DNA of 64,000 nt from an uncultured Anaerolineales bacterium. Its GTDB lineage: Bacteria; Chloroflexota; Anaerolineae; Anaerolineales; UBA11858. Position numbers and translations under genes: made by a program. Each line of letters opens with the position of its first letter. Position 1 is the stretch's first letter. The stretch is taken from assembly GCA_964621835.1 (NCBI GenBank), contig CAZUMA010000005.1, forward strand, positions 2,527 through 66,526. Direction: 5' to 3'. Of this stretch, positions 45,865 through 54,327 are shown one piece after another. Below the pieces are notes generated by a model, which did not search any database, had not been told where the DNA came from, and saw only the letters and a list, made by a program, of their open reading frames with translations.

Positions 45865-45937
45865 TGCCCCCACGGAGATTCGAACTCCGGTCTTGACCTT
45901 GAAAGGGTCATGTCCTGGTCCCCTAGACGATGGGGGC
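45865..45937 (-). tRNA. tRNA-Glu (anticodon UUC), CCA not encoded
   Basis: The reverse complement is GCCCCCATCGTCTAGGGGACCAGGACATGACCCTTTCAAGGTCAAGACCGGAGTTCGAATCTCCGTGGGGGCA. It folds as a cloverleaf: acceptor GCCCCCA/TGGGGGC, anticodon stem TGACC/GGTCA with loop CTTTCAA, T-arm CGGAG-TTCGAAT-CTCCG. The next bases are CAA, not CCA. Confidence 0.9.
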
Positions 45938-46026
45938 GGGAACGGGGAAAATTTTACCATTCCCTCCAAAGCGGGTCAACCCTGATCTGGAAAGGAACGG
46001 GGTCCGACCAGCACTGCTCCTGCTGC

Positions 46027-46560
46027 TCAATTATCTTTATAAAGGCCATGGGTGAAGGTGGCAATGTGTCTGCGGTTGACCAGCATAGCTGGGCTGGAAA
46101 TCACCAATTCAGGATAGACAATCGATCGGACCATGCCCTCAAAGATGGGTAAGTATTCCCACGTCCCTCCAGACATCAAGGCGGTGAAATCAAATCGCCC
46201 CGGCCATTCAAGCACACCCTCATACTCGTAGACAGAATCCGTAATCGCAATCTGGAATTTATTGACATGTTCGTATCCCGGGCGGGTAATTCCTTTAGGA
46301 CCCACATCCTGGCGGCGTTTCAAGCTAGCACTGTGAATATGATCTTTCACGAGGTGGATCTCATCCAGTTTTTGGACCAGATAATCCGGGTCATGGATGC
46401 GGGCCAGGCTGGCATCCATGATTTTCATAAAAGAACTGGTTTGATCGACCAGCAGGCCATTGAGCCCTGTATTCGTCACCTTACAGTTCCCAGCGATACG
46501 GTAGCTTGCTGTGAGCACGTGGACGGGAATAATCCTCGATGTCAGTGTTCGCTGCGCCAT
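46027..46560 (-). CDS. hypothetical conserved-looking protein (177 aa), no family recognised
   Basis: The ATG at 46560 has a GGGAGA RBS; the track start is GTG at 46578. Composition is globular and coding-like. Confidence 0.5.
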   Translation of the reverse strand: MAQRTLTSRIIPVHVLTASYRIAGNCKVTNTGLNGLLVDQTSSFMKIMDASLARIHDPDYLVQKLDEIHLVKDHIHSASLKRRQDVGPKGITRPGYEHVNKFQIAITDSVYEYEGVLEWPGRFDFTALMSGGTWEYLPIFEGMVRSIVYPELVISSPAMLVNRRHIATFTHGLYKDN

Positions 46561-46756
46561 AGCAGTTCTCCCGGTCACTCTCCAGATCGCGACCTTGTTG
46601 ATCAGGAGAAAAAAATTCTCCTCTCCATCAACAGCAGGAAGTTATTGGATCTCTACTCCCTGAACATAAAAAGGGGCCGGGGAACTTACACATCATGTCG
46701 GGTCCACAGCAAATCTGTCAAGGGATCCGATGTATGCGGAGCTCAGCCCGGATTTG

Positions 46757-47353
46757 TCAGTCGGATGCGAGCACCGGTTTAACACCATTCACCAAACCCC
46801 AGGAAGATGGCGGCCAGTAGACCAGCAATGCCTCACCCACAAGGTTCTCCGCCGGCACAATTCCCCAGTTGTGGGAATCAGAAGAGTTATTCCGATTGTC
46901 TCCCAGGACAAACAGCGTCTCATCAGGAACGTCCCACTCCCCTTCGTATTCCGGGCTCACCTGTAAATAGGGCTCGGAAAGCAGCACCCCATTGATATAG
47001 ACTTTTCCCTCACGGATCTCAACATGTTCTCCCGGGAGGCCTATGACCCGCTTGATATACTCCTGGGTTATATTCCGGGGAAAATCAAACACCACTATAT
47101 CCCCTCGTTCGGGTTCTCCAAAACGATAATTCAGTTTTGATACGATCACAAATTCACCGTGGTGCAAATTGGGTTCCATGCTTGATCCATCAATCTTGAT
47201 CCGGGCCGAAACCGCATTAATCAAAAAGAATAACACAACCGAGAGCAAGAGGGTTTCCAGGATATCCACGACGGTCCCAAAGACCGGTCTGCTCTCAGTT
47301 CTGGGTTCAGCAGGGTCCTGAGATGGTTGTTCAATCTGTTTATTCATATCCAT
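46757..47353 (-). CDS. lepB: signal peptidase I
   Basis: It has a TM anchor, catalytic GSSMEPNL (Ser), KRVIGLPGE (Lys box) and GDNRNNSSDS. The start is ambiguous (TTG 47365, ATG 47353 or ATG 47347). Confidence 0.85.
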   Translation of the reverse strand: MDMNKQIEQPSQDPAEPRTESRPVFGTVVDILETLLLSVVLFFLINAVSARIKIDGSSMEPNLHHGEFVIVSKLNYRFGEPERGDIVVFDFPRNITQEYIKRVIGLPGEHVEIREGKVYINGVLLSEPYLQVSPEYEGEWDVPDETLFVLGDNRNNSSDSHNWGIVPAENLVGEALLVYWPPSSWGLVNGVKPVLASD

Positions 47354-47487
47354 ATCTGTCTGCAAAGTGTATGTCAGATTATATAACCCCTTGAGAAAGT
47401 GGGCAAGGGGGTGAATGGGCCTCTAGGTTTGGAAATAATCCTCTTAAGCTGCCAGAGCTGCCCGGCAGGGGGAAAACGATCGGCGGT

Positions 47488-48858
47488 TTATCTGGCCCTG
47501 AGGATGATCCGGATTGGTGTGCCCAAGAAGGGAGCCTGGCGTCGGATTTGGTTTTCCAGATACCGTAAATAACTGAAATGGGCCAGCTTAGGATTATTAA
47601 CATGGAATAAAAAAGTAGGTGGCTCATTTCTCACCTGGGAACCATAATAAATCTTCAGATGTTTTCCTGCCTTTGAGGGAGGGGGGTGCTTATCTTGCGC
47701 CACCTGGAGGATCCGGTTGACCTGGGCCGTTGGCAGCCTCACCAGGCGTTCTTCCTGCACCCGTAAAGCCAGGGGAAGGATTTGATCGATCCTTTTTCCC
47801 GTTTTTGCGGAGGTAAATAAAATCGGCACAAAATCCATGAAGTTAAGTTCATATCGAGCATATTCGGTAAACTCTGCCATCGTGTGGCTGTCTTTTTCAA
47901 TCAGGTCCCACTTATTGATGATCACCAACACACTTTTCCAGTTATCAAGGATATACCCCGCGATATGGGTATCCTGCGATTTTATGCCCTCGAACGCATC
48001 CACAATCAGCAGCGAGACATCAGATCGCTCAATTGCCTTCATTGCCCGGAGCACACTGTACCTCTCCACCCCCGGCTGAACGCGCCCCCTTTTGCGAATT
48101 CCCGCTGTGTCGATTAAGGTAATCGGTGTTTGATCAAATATCAGGTGCGTATCAATGGAATCCCTGGTTGTCCCAGGTATGCTGCTGACAATCACGCGTT
48201 CCTCTCCAATGATCCGGTTGAGAATGCTTGATTTACCCACATTGGGCTTTCCAACAATCGCGATTTTCAGGGAGGTATCTTCCTCTTCTTCTCCTCGATC
48301 TGGAAATCCCTCAATCAGCTCATCCAGCAGGTCACCTACCCCCACCCCGTGGATCGCGGAGACCGGGAATAACTCCCGGAATCCAAGTTCATAAAACTGC
48401 ACTGCTTCCTGGCGCACTGCCTGGCTTTCCGTTTTATTGACAACCAGCAAAATCCTGGGGAAAGGAATTCCTTCCTTGACCTGTTGAGATTTTCTCAGGG
48501 AGTCTGCAATCTCTTTGTCTGCGGGGGTCACCCCAGCCTGGCCATCGACGACAAACAGAATTGCATCTGCCTCCCGGATGGCGATCTCCGCCTGGGTTCT
48601 GATCTCCTCAATAAACTGATGGGATCCGACAGAGAGAGGCTCCTGGTTTTTCCCCGGCCCCACCTGCGTTGGGTCCAATCCCCCGGTATCAATCACATCA
48701 AAAACAACCCCACTCCATTCCGCTTCCGTCACCAAGCGGTCGCGAGTGGTCCCGGGAACTTCATCTACGATCGCCAACCGGCTTTCAACCAGGCGGTTAA
48801 ACAGGGTGCTTTTCCCAACATTGGGACGACCGACAATTGCGACAATGGGTTTTTTCAT
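47488..48858 (-). CDS. der: ribosome-biogenesis GTPase Der (EngA), two GTPase domains + KH-like domain
   Basis: It has two G1 motifs, GRPNVGKST and GKPNVGKSS, two DTGG/DTAG G3 motifs, and NKTE/NKWD G4 motifs. Confidence 0.92.
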   Translation of the reverse strand: MKKPIVAIVGRPNVGKSTLFNRLVESRLAIVDEVPGTTRDRLVTEAEWSGVVFDVIDTGGLDPTQVGPGKNQEPLSVGSHQFIEEIRTQAEIAIREADAILFVVDGQAGVTPADKEIADSLRKSQQVKEGIPFPRILLVVNKTESQAVRQEAVQFYELGFRELFPVSAIHGVGVGDLLDELIEGFPDRGEEEEDTSLKIAIVGKPNVGKSSILNRIIGEERVIVSSIPGTTRDSIDTHLIFDQTPITLIDTAGIRKRGRVQPGVERYSVLRAMKAIERSDVSLLIVDAFEGIKSQDTHIAGYILDNWKSVLVIINKWDLIEKDSHTMAEFTEYARYELNFMDFVPILFTSAKTGKRIDQILPLALRVQEERLVRLPTAQVNRILQVAQDKHPPPSKAGKHLKIYYGSQVRNEPPTFLFHVNNPKLAHFSYLRYLENQIRRQAPFLGTPIRIILRAR

Positions 48859-48891
48859 CAGATTCGTGTTCGCTGGGATATCAATGTTCGC

Positions 48892-50133
48892 CTAGGAGCC
48901 AGGCGTTGGGGTAGGTCCAGATTCAATGCGGATTTCCACTGTCGTCGGGGAGATATCCTCCAGGACCACATCCGTTGGCAGGATTTCAACGGTGGGGGTG
49001 ACAGTATGGATCCCAGCCTCATAGTTGGTCAGGTCAACAATCACCCGGATATCCCGCAGGGTAAGATTATCCAGCGTCGGAACTGGTCCAGAGATCCGAA
49101 TGCTGACCTGCTGTGGTGAGACTTCCGCAGTCAGCCCGGGGAGGAGCCCAATCACTTCAATTTCGCGGGCAACCAGGACATTGGTTTCCAGCGGGGTGAC
49201 ATTAACCTGGACGAGCACGGTAGGATCCCCAACAACCGTTACTCCCTGGGGAAGATCCAGCTCCAGGATCGTTTCCAGGTAATTATCCACCCCCGTCAGA
49301 TCCAGCGGTTTGGTATTCACATAGCCCGGTAATTGCTCCACAAGCTGGGGATCCTCAGAAAAGACCATCACTGAGGGTGGGGCGGGGGTGATACTGGTGG
49401 GTCGATAGCCTGGTTCCACCAGCCCCTCGGTTACAACGTTGACTGCAACATTCCGGTAGCCCCCTTGCAGGTTGATCACCTGGGTGACCCGGATAGAATT
49501 CGGCTCCAGGGTAAGATTTTCAACCAGTTGATCATTTTCATCGCGAGGCTGCAGACTGACCTCTCGAGCAACTGTTTCACTCGCATCAGAGATATCCAGG
49601 ACACCGACTACCGAGGTAACCTCTTCAACCAAATCTTCCCGGCCGCTGACGGTGACCATACCCCGTCTCCACTCCAGCTTTCCAGTTTTATAGCCAATGG
49701 CGGGTTCGCCAATCACCTGGATATCAAGGGGAAGCTGGCGATCGGTAATTTTCCCAAGGGTGAGTTCAAGCTGTCGTGGGGTGTACTCCAGGACCCGGAT
49801 CGGCCGCACCTGATCCGGGTAGTTAAGAATTACAGGAAAACGGTATGTGCCGGACTCCAGGCCGGAGAGATTTATGCTTGCTGCAATCAGGTCATCCTGC
49901 TGGATCTGTTCAATTACTGTTTGCGGGGCAAGGATTTTCAGGCTGGCTGTGGGGGGGACTTCATCGATCAGGGTGATATCATCCGGCTGATTTTGGACAA
50001 CAAGAGGGACAACCAGATCGGTCTCAATATTTGGGTTTGCCGCGGTAACGGCCGAAACCCAGATCACCACGGCGAGCAGAATTGAGACAAACAGCGTTGT
50101 TAAATTTCCACCGATCCAAGTTAAAAATTTCAT
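48892..50133 (-). CDS. cdaR: YbbR-domain protein (CdaR-like regulator of diadenylate cyclase)
   Basis: It has an N-terminal TM helix and then about four repeated YbbR-like beta-rich modules. There is an ATGA overlap with cdaA upstream. Confidence 0.7.
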   Translation of the reverse strand: MKFLTWIGGNLTTLFVSILLAVVIWVSAVTAANPNIETDLVVPLVVQNQPDDITLIDEVPPTASLKILAPQTVIEQIQQDDLIAASINLSGLESGTYRFPVILNYPDQVRPIRVLEYTPRQLELTLGKITDRQLPLDIQVIGEPAIGYKTGKLEWRRGMVTVSGREDLVEEVTSVVGVLDISDASETVAREVSLQPRDENDQLVENLTLEPNSIRVTQVINLQGGYRNVAVNVVTEGLVEPGYRPTSITPAPPSVMVFSEDPQLVEQLPGYVNTKPLDLTGVDNYLETILELDLPQGVTVVGDPTVLVQVNVTPLETNVLVAREIEVIGLLPGLTAEVSPQQVSIRISGPVPTLDNLTLRDIRVIVDLTNYEAGIHTVTPTVEILPTDVVLEDISPTTVEIRIESGPTPTPGS

Positions 50134-50999
50134 TCAACGACCCCTTCAACTGCACCATTCACCAACCCCCACACCCGAGAGAGCAGGGATTGTTGTTCGC
50201 TCTCCTGATGGAAAAACCCAAGCAGTTTATCTGCCAGCTCATCCAGGGGAACATATTTATCAATCATCCCATCATAGGCTAAGGAAACAATCCCGGTCTC
50301 CTCAGAGATCACCAGCGCAATGGCATCTGTTTCTTCAGCAATACCAAGCGCAGCCCGATGGCGAAGTCCCATTGAGCGTTCCGGAGATTCCTCCAACACA
50401 CCGCTTGAAGAAAGCGGGAGCACACAACCAGCAGCGATGATCCGCTCATCCTGGATAATCACGGCTCCATCATGGAGGGGGGTTTTGGGATAAAAAATCT
50501 GGATGATCGTTTCGGGATGGATCTTTGCCTCCAGCCTGATCCCGGACTCCGCATAGGGCTCGAGTGTGTCCAGGCGGTTGAAAACAATCAAGGCCCCATA
50601 CTTTCGCTCCGCGATCCGTCGGGAGGCTTCCACAACACTCTGGATAATACGCTCAAACTCCGAGGAATAGTTATCCTGAATAAAGAATGAGCCGGTTCTT
50701 CCCAATCGCTCCAGGGCCCGTCTGATTTCCGGGGCAAAGATAACCGGGATTGCCAGCAGCAGGGTGGGCAGGGTATTGCTGACCAACCAGGAGAAAGCTG
50801 GCAGGACCCGCAAGCTGGACAGCAGGCTGATCACGACAATCAGGAAAAGCACCCCGCGCAGTAAAACCAGCGCCTTGGTATCTCGCAGCAGATAAAGGAT
50901 TGAAAACACAACCGCGGAGACCAGCAGGATATCGAGTACGCTCAGCCAATTTGCTCGTTCAAAAATAAACAGCAAATAATCAAGAATTTCTGTGATCAC
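50130..50999 (-). CDS. cdaA: membrane-bound diadenylate cyclase CdaA (DisA_N/DAC domain)
   Basis: Three N-terminal TM helices are followed by the DAC motifs GALIVF...PLHDGAVII...GLRHRAALGIAEETDA. GTG start at 50999. Confidence 0.88.
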   Translation of the reverse strand: MITEILDYLLFIFERANWLSVLDILLVSAVVFSILYLLRDTKALVLLRGVLFLIVVISLLSSLRVLPAFSWLVSNTLPTLLLAIPVIFAPEIRRALERLGRTGSFFIQDNYSSEFERIIQSVVEASRRIAERKYGALIVFNRLDTLEPYAESGIRLEAKIHPETIIQIFYPKTPLHDGAVIIQDERIIAAGCVLPLSSSGVLEESPERSMGLRHRAALGIAEETDAIALVISEETGIVSLAYDGMIDKYVPLDELADKLLGFFHQESEQQSLLSRVWGLVNGAVEGVVE

Positions 51000-51028
51000 G
51001 TGACCACTCTTATAGTAGGGATAGTGTC

Positions 51029-52162
51029 TTACTGCATGGGGCGCAGCACACGATCCTTGCGGAGCTGCTTGAATAACAGCACAGTCCCTGGCGGCATCGA
51101 TTCCATCACTGCGTTCTGCCAGGCTCGAACATTTAAGTCCTTGACCGTTCGGGCCTGGTATCCCAGCGTACTCCAGATGGACTCATGCTGGGCAATTGAG
51201 GGCGGTAGAAACAGCAGGGCTGCTTCACTTTGCAGCTCCTTTGAGGAGTCTTCCACATAACTCATCAGGGCTTCCAAGCCCTGCTCAAATGCCAGGCCTT
51301 CATTGAGCATGACATCATCGACCCGGGTGATCAAATTTTCAACCTGCCATCCTAACAACCCGATGATCTCTTCATCGGAAAGCAGCAGCATATAAGCTTT
51401 CTCCCCAAACGCCGCCATGATGTCGTCTTTGGTCATCTTCCGCTTCGATTTGCTGTGCTCTGTGATGTACTTTGCGATCTGATCTGCAACTTCGGGGGTT
51501 GCTCGACGGACATCCAGCTTCCCGTAGGTCTTGCTGGGCGCAGGTTTGAAATCCGGTTCTTCCTGGGTAATCGCCTGCCAGGCTTCATAAACCTGCTTCC
51601 AGGTCTTTTCAAAGGAGCCGTCATTCTCAATGACGACATCCGCTTTCATCAATTTTGTGGTGGCCGGGAGCTGGGCATTCATGCGATCCCTGGCTTCTTC
51701 TTGCGTTAATTTTCTTTTTTCAATCAGCCGTTCCAGCTGCAGTTCACTGGGGGCTCTCGTGACCCAGATCTGGTCACAGAGGCTGTGCAGTTCCGACTCC
51801 AGCAGTTTGATGGCTTCAATGACAACCACGCGATGTTTGGTTCTTTCAATTAAGACATCCAGTGCCTGGCGGACCAGGGGATGAATGATCTCTTCAAGGC
51901 GGAGCAGCGCCTCCGGGTTGTTAAACACCAGCTCCCCCAATTTTGATCGATCGATCTCCCCGTTTTCCCCTAAGACCCACTTGCCAAAAGTATTCACGAC
52001 CGGTTCGAATCCGGGGGATCCTTTGATGATTGCTCTGTGGGAGAGCACATCAGCATCAATGCCATAGGCACCGAGATGTTCCAGCATCTTTCTGACGACG
52101 CTTTTCCCGGTCGCAATGTTCCCTGTTAACCCGATGGCATATTTGCCTGGCCAGACACTCAT
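51029..52162 (-). CDS. coaE: dephospho-CoA kinase fused to an uncharacterised ~185-aa C-terminal domain
   Basis: The ATG at 52162 sits behind an AGGAGGG RBS. IGLTGNIATGKSVVRKMLEHLGAYGIDADVLSH is the CoaE P-loop region. At 377 aa, the protein is about twice the normal CoaE length. Confidence 0.8.
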   Translation of the reverse strand: MSVWPGKYAIGLTGNIATGKSVVRKMLEHLGAYGIDADVLSHRAIIKGSPGFEPVVNTFGKWVLGENGEIDRSKLGELVFNNPEALLRLEEIIHPLVRQALDVLIERTKHRVVVIEAIKLLESELHSLCDQIWVTRAPSELQLERLIEKRKLTQEEARDRMNAQLPATTKLMKADVVIENDGSFEKTWKQVYEAWQAITQEEPDFKPAPSKTYGKLDVRRATPEVADQIAKYITEHSKSKRKMTKDDIMAAFGEKAYMLLLSDEEIIGLLGWQVENLITRVDDVMLNEGLAFEQGLEALMSYVEDSSKELQSEAALLFLPPSIAQHESIWSTLGYQARTVKDLNVRAWQNAVMESMPPGTVLLFKQLRKDRVLRPMQ

Positions 52163-52261
52163 GGTCCCTCCTAACCGATTGGAAGATCCGGCTTCAGTCA
52201 TTCTCCATTGTAGTCTGCGTCTGAGAGAATGTCAATTAACTCTCCTTAGAATAGCTTAAAT

Positions 52262-52290
52262 GAAAACCGCCCGCAGAAAATCCTGCGGAC
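52262..52290 (-). terminator. possible intrinsic terminator after the ABC operon
   Basis: The minus-strand RNA reads CCGCAG-gauuuu-CUGCGG followed by GCGGUUUUCAUUU. The stem is short. Confidence 0.4.
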
Positions 52291-52313
52291 GGCCGCCAAC
52301 TTGTATTCCTGAT

Positions 52314-53372
52314 CTAGAGGAATTTTTCCGCAAAATGACAGGCAGCAACATGCGCCGGTTTCAACTCCCGCAGCGGGGGGTCATCCACAGCACAAATCTC
52401 TTCTGCGTATGGACATCGGGGATGAAAACGGCACCCGGATGGGGGGTTGATGGGATTGGGAATTTCCCCTTTCGGAAGCGGCTCAGTCCTTCTTCTTCGC
52501 GGATCCGGCACCGGGACTGCGGAGAGTAAGGCCTGGGTGTAAGGATGAAGGGGGTGGGAGAAAAGCTCATCAATATCACCGATCTCCACCAGCTTACCCA
52601 GGTAGAGAATACCAATTCGATCACAGATATACTTCGCGGTCGCCAGGTCATGCGTTATGTACAGGTAAGTTAGTTGAAATTTCTCTTTCAACTCCAGCAT
52701 CAGATCCAGCAGCAAGGCCCGTACCGAGACATCAGCCATCGCGATCGGCTCATCGGCCACAATCAGGTCGGGGTGAGTCACCAGAGCGCGGGCAAGGACA
52801 ATCCGCTGCCGCTGCCCTCCGGAAATTTGATGAGGGTAGAGATCGAAAAAGTTTTCCGGCGGGACTAAGCCAACAGATTCCAGAATCTCAAAAACCCGCC
52901 CTCTTCGCTCGGAGTCATTCAAGTCTGTGAGATGGATCTGCGCGGGATGCTCAATCGCTTTCCCCAGGGTCATCCTGGGATTCAGAGAAGCCAGTGGATC
53001 CTGAAAGACCAGCTGCATCCGGGATCGCAGGTGGCGCATCTCTGCTGCGGGGAGCTGATTGATGTCAACCCCATCAAAGGTTACCTGCCCCTGGGTCGGT
53101 TCCAGAAGCCTGAGCACCAGGCGCCCAATGGTGGATTTCCCCGATCCGCTTTCCCCTGCCAGACCGAACACTTCCCCCGGGTGGATGGAAAAATCCACCC
53201 CGTCTACCGCCCGGACCGCCGGGATTTCACCCCGGCTGAGCAGATTGGCAATAAATCCTGACTCGATCGGAAAATGTTTCACCAGGCCGCGAACATCTAC
53301 CAAACCATTGCCAGATTTTGTCCCAGGTTGTTTATCCACCAATCCTATCCTCCAATGGTTTGACCTCGTCAT
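52314..53372 (-). CDS. peptide/nickel ABC transporter ATP-binding protein (OppF/DppF-like)
   Basis: Walker A is GESGSGKST, the signature is ISGGQRQR, Walker B is LIVADEP, and the C-terminal oligo_HPY domain has PxGCxFxxRC. ATG at 53372 overlaps the upstream gene. An alternative TTG/GTG start at 53342/53339 lies behind GAGGA. Confidence 0.88.
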   Translation of the reverse strand: MTRSNHWRIGLVDKQPGTKSGNGLVDVRGLVKHFPIESGFIANLLSRGEIPAVRAVDGVDFSIHPGEVFGLAGESGSGKSTIGRLVLRLLEPTQGQVTFDGVDINQLPAAEMRHLRSRMQLVFQDPLASLNPRMTLGKAIEHPAQIHLTDLNDSERRGRVFEILESVGLVPPENFFDLYPHQISGGQRQRIVLARALVTHPDLIVADEPIAMADVSVRALLLDLMLELKEKFQLTYLYITHDLATAKYICDRIGILYLGKLVEIGDIDELFSHPLHPYTQALLSAVPVPDPRRRRTEPLPKGEIPNPINPPSGCRFHPRCPYAEEICAVDDPPLRELKPAHVAACHFAEKFL

Positions 53373-54327
53373 ACAAATAACAAGCAGCGGTTTGCTCCCC
53401 GTTGATCACAGCCATGGCGGGCTGCTTGGACCGGCAGATCTCCATCACGTGGGGGCACCGCGGGTGAAATCGACATCCTGAGGGGGGCTTGAGCAAGTTG
53501 GGGGGCATTCCTTCCATCTGGTAGAGTTCTTCATCATCCAGTTCAATGTTGGGCACTGAACTCAGTAATCCTTGAGTATAGGGATGTTTTGGTTTCAAAA
53601 ACACATCCTGAACATCACCAACCTCCACGATCTTTCCTGCATACATGACCGCCACCCGATCGGAGACCTCTGCGACCACCCCAATATTATGGGTGATCAG
53701 GAGGATAGTGAGGTCAAATTCCTGCTGGAGCTCTTTTAATAGATCCAGGAATTTAGCTTCCACAATCACATCCAGCGAGGTGGTGGGCTCGTCCGCTACC
53801 ACCATTTTTGCCCGCAAAGCCAGTGCCAGAGCAATCATCACTCGCTGGCGCATCCCCCCGGACATTTGATGGGGGTAATCCTTCAAACGCTCGCTGCGGA
53901 TCCCCAGCAGCTCAATGATTTCTTCTGCCCTGGCTTCAGCCTCCTCTTCGGAAACCGCTTTGTGAGCTAAAATTGTTTCTGTGAGATGGTCAAGAATTCG
54001 TTGAACAGGGTTGAGGGAGGTCATCGGATCCTGGAAGATCATCCCCAGCGCTGATCCGCGGAGGTTGGTCATCTCTCTCCCTGACAGCGTCATCAGGTCC
54101 CTGCCATCAAAAAGCAGCTCTCCAGAGGAGATGTTTGCCGGGCCGGTGTGCAGCCGCAGCAAGGCTTTTCCCAGGGTGGATTTCCCACAACCAGATTCGC
54201 CGACCAGACCTAAGATCTCCCCACTGAGCAGGTCCAGGTTGACATCCTTGACAGCGACCACATCCCCGGCCCGGGTTGTATACTTCACAGTCAAATCATG
54301 AACAGAGTATAAAACATTGTCCTGCAT
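53332..54327 (-). CDS. peptide/nickel ABC transporter ATP-binding protein (OppD/DppD-like)
   Basis: Walker A is GESGCGKST, the signature is MSGGMRQR, Walker B is MVVADEPTTSLD, and the C-terminus has PSGCRFHPRCPH. Confidence 0.9.
   Translation of the reverse strand: MQDNVLYSVHDLTVKYTTRAGDVVAVKDVNLDLLSGEILGLVGESGCGKSTLGKALLRLHTGPANISSGELLFDGRDLMTLSGREMTNLRGSALGMIFQDPMTSLNPVQRILDHLTETILAHKAVSEEEAEARAEEIIELLGIRSERLKDYPHQMSGGMRQRVMIALALALRAKMVVADEPTTSLDVIVEAKFLDLLKELQQEFDLTILLITHNIGVVAEVSDRVAVMYAGKIVEVGDVQDVFLKPKHPYTQGLLSSVPNIELDDEELYQMEGMPPNLLKPPSGCRFHPRCPHVMEICRSKQPAMAVINGEQTAACYLYDEVKPLEDRIGG

Noticed and set aside
38610-45937. The nuclease, DnaB, DnaD-domain, DnaC-like genes plus the nearby tRNA as a prophage or integrative-element replication module.
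   Set aside because: There is no integrase, excisionase, repressor pair, structural genes, att-like duplication of the tRNA 3' end, or compositional break. DnaB looks like the canonical chromosomal helicase. Neighbouring genes (CDF transporter, pyrophosphatase, lepB, der) are housekeeping.
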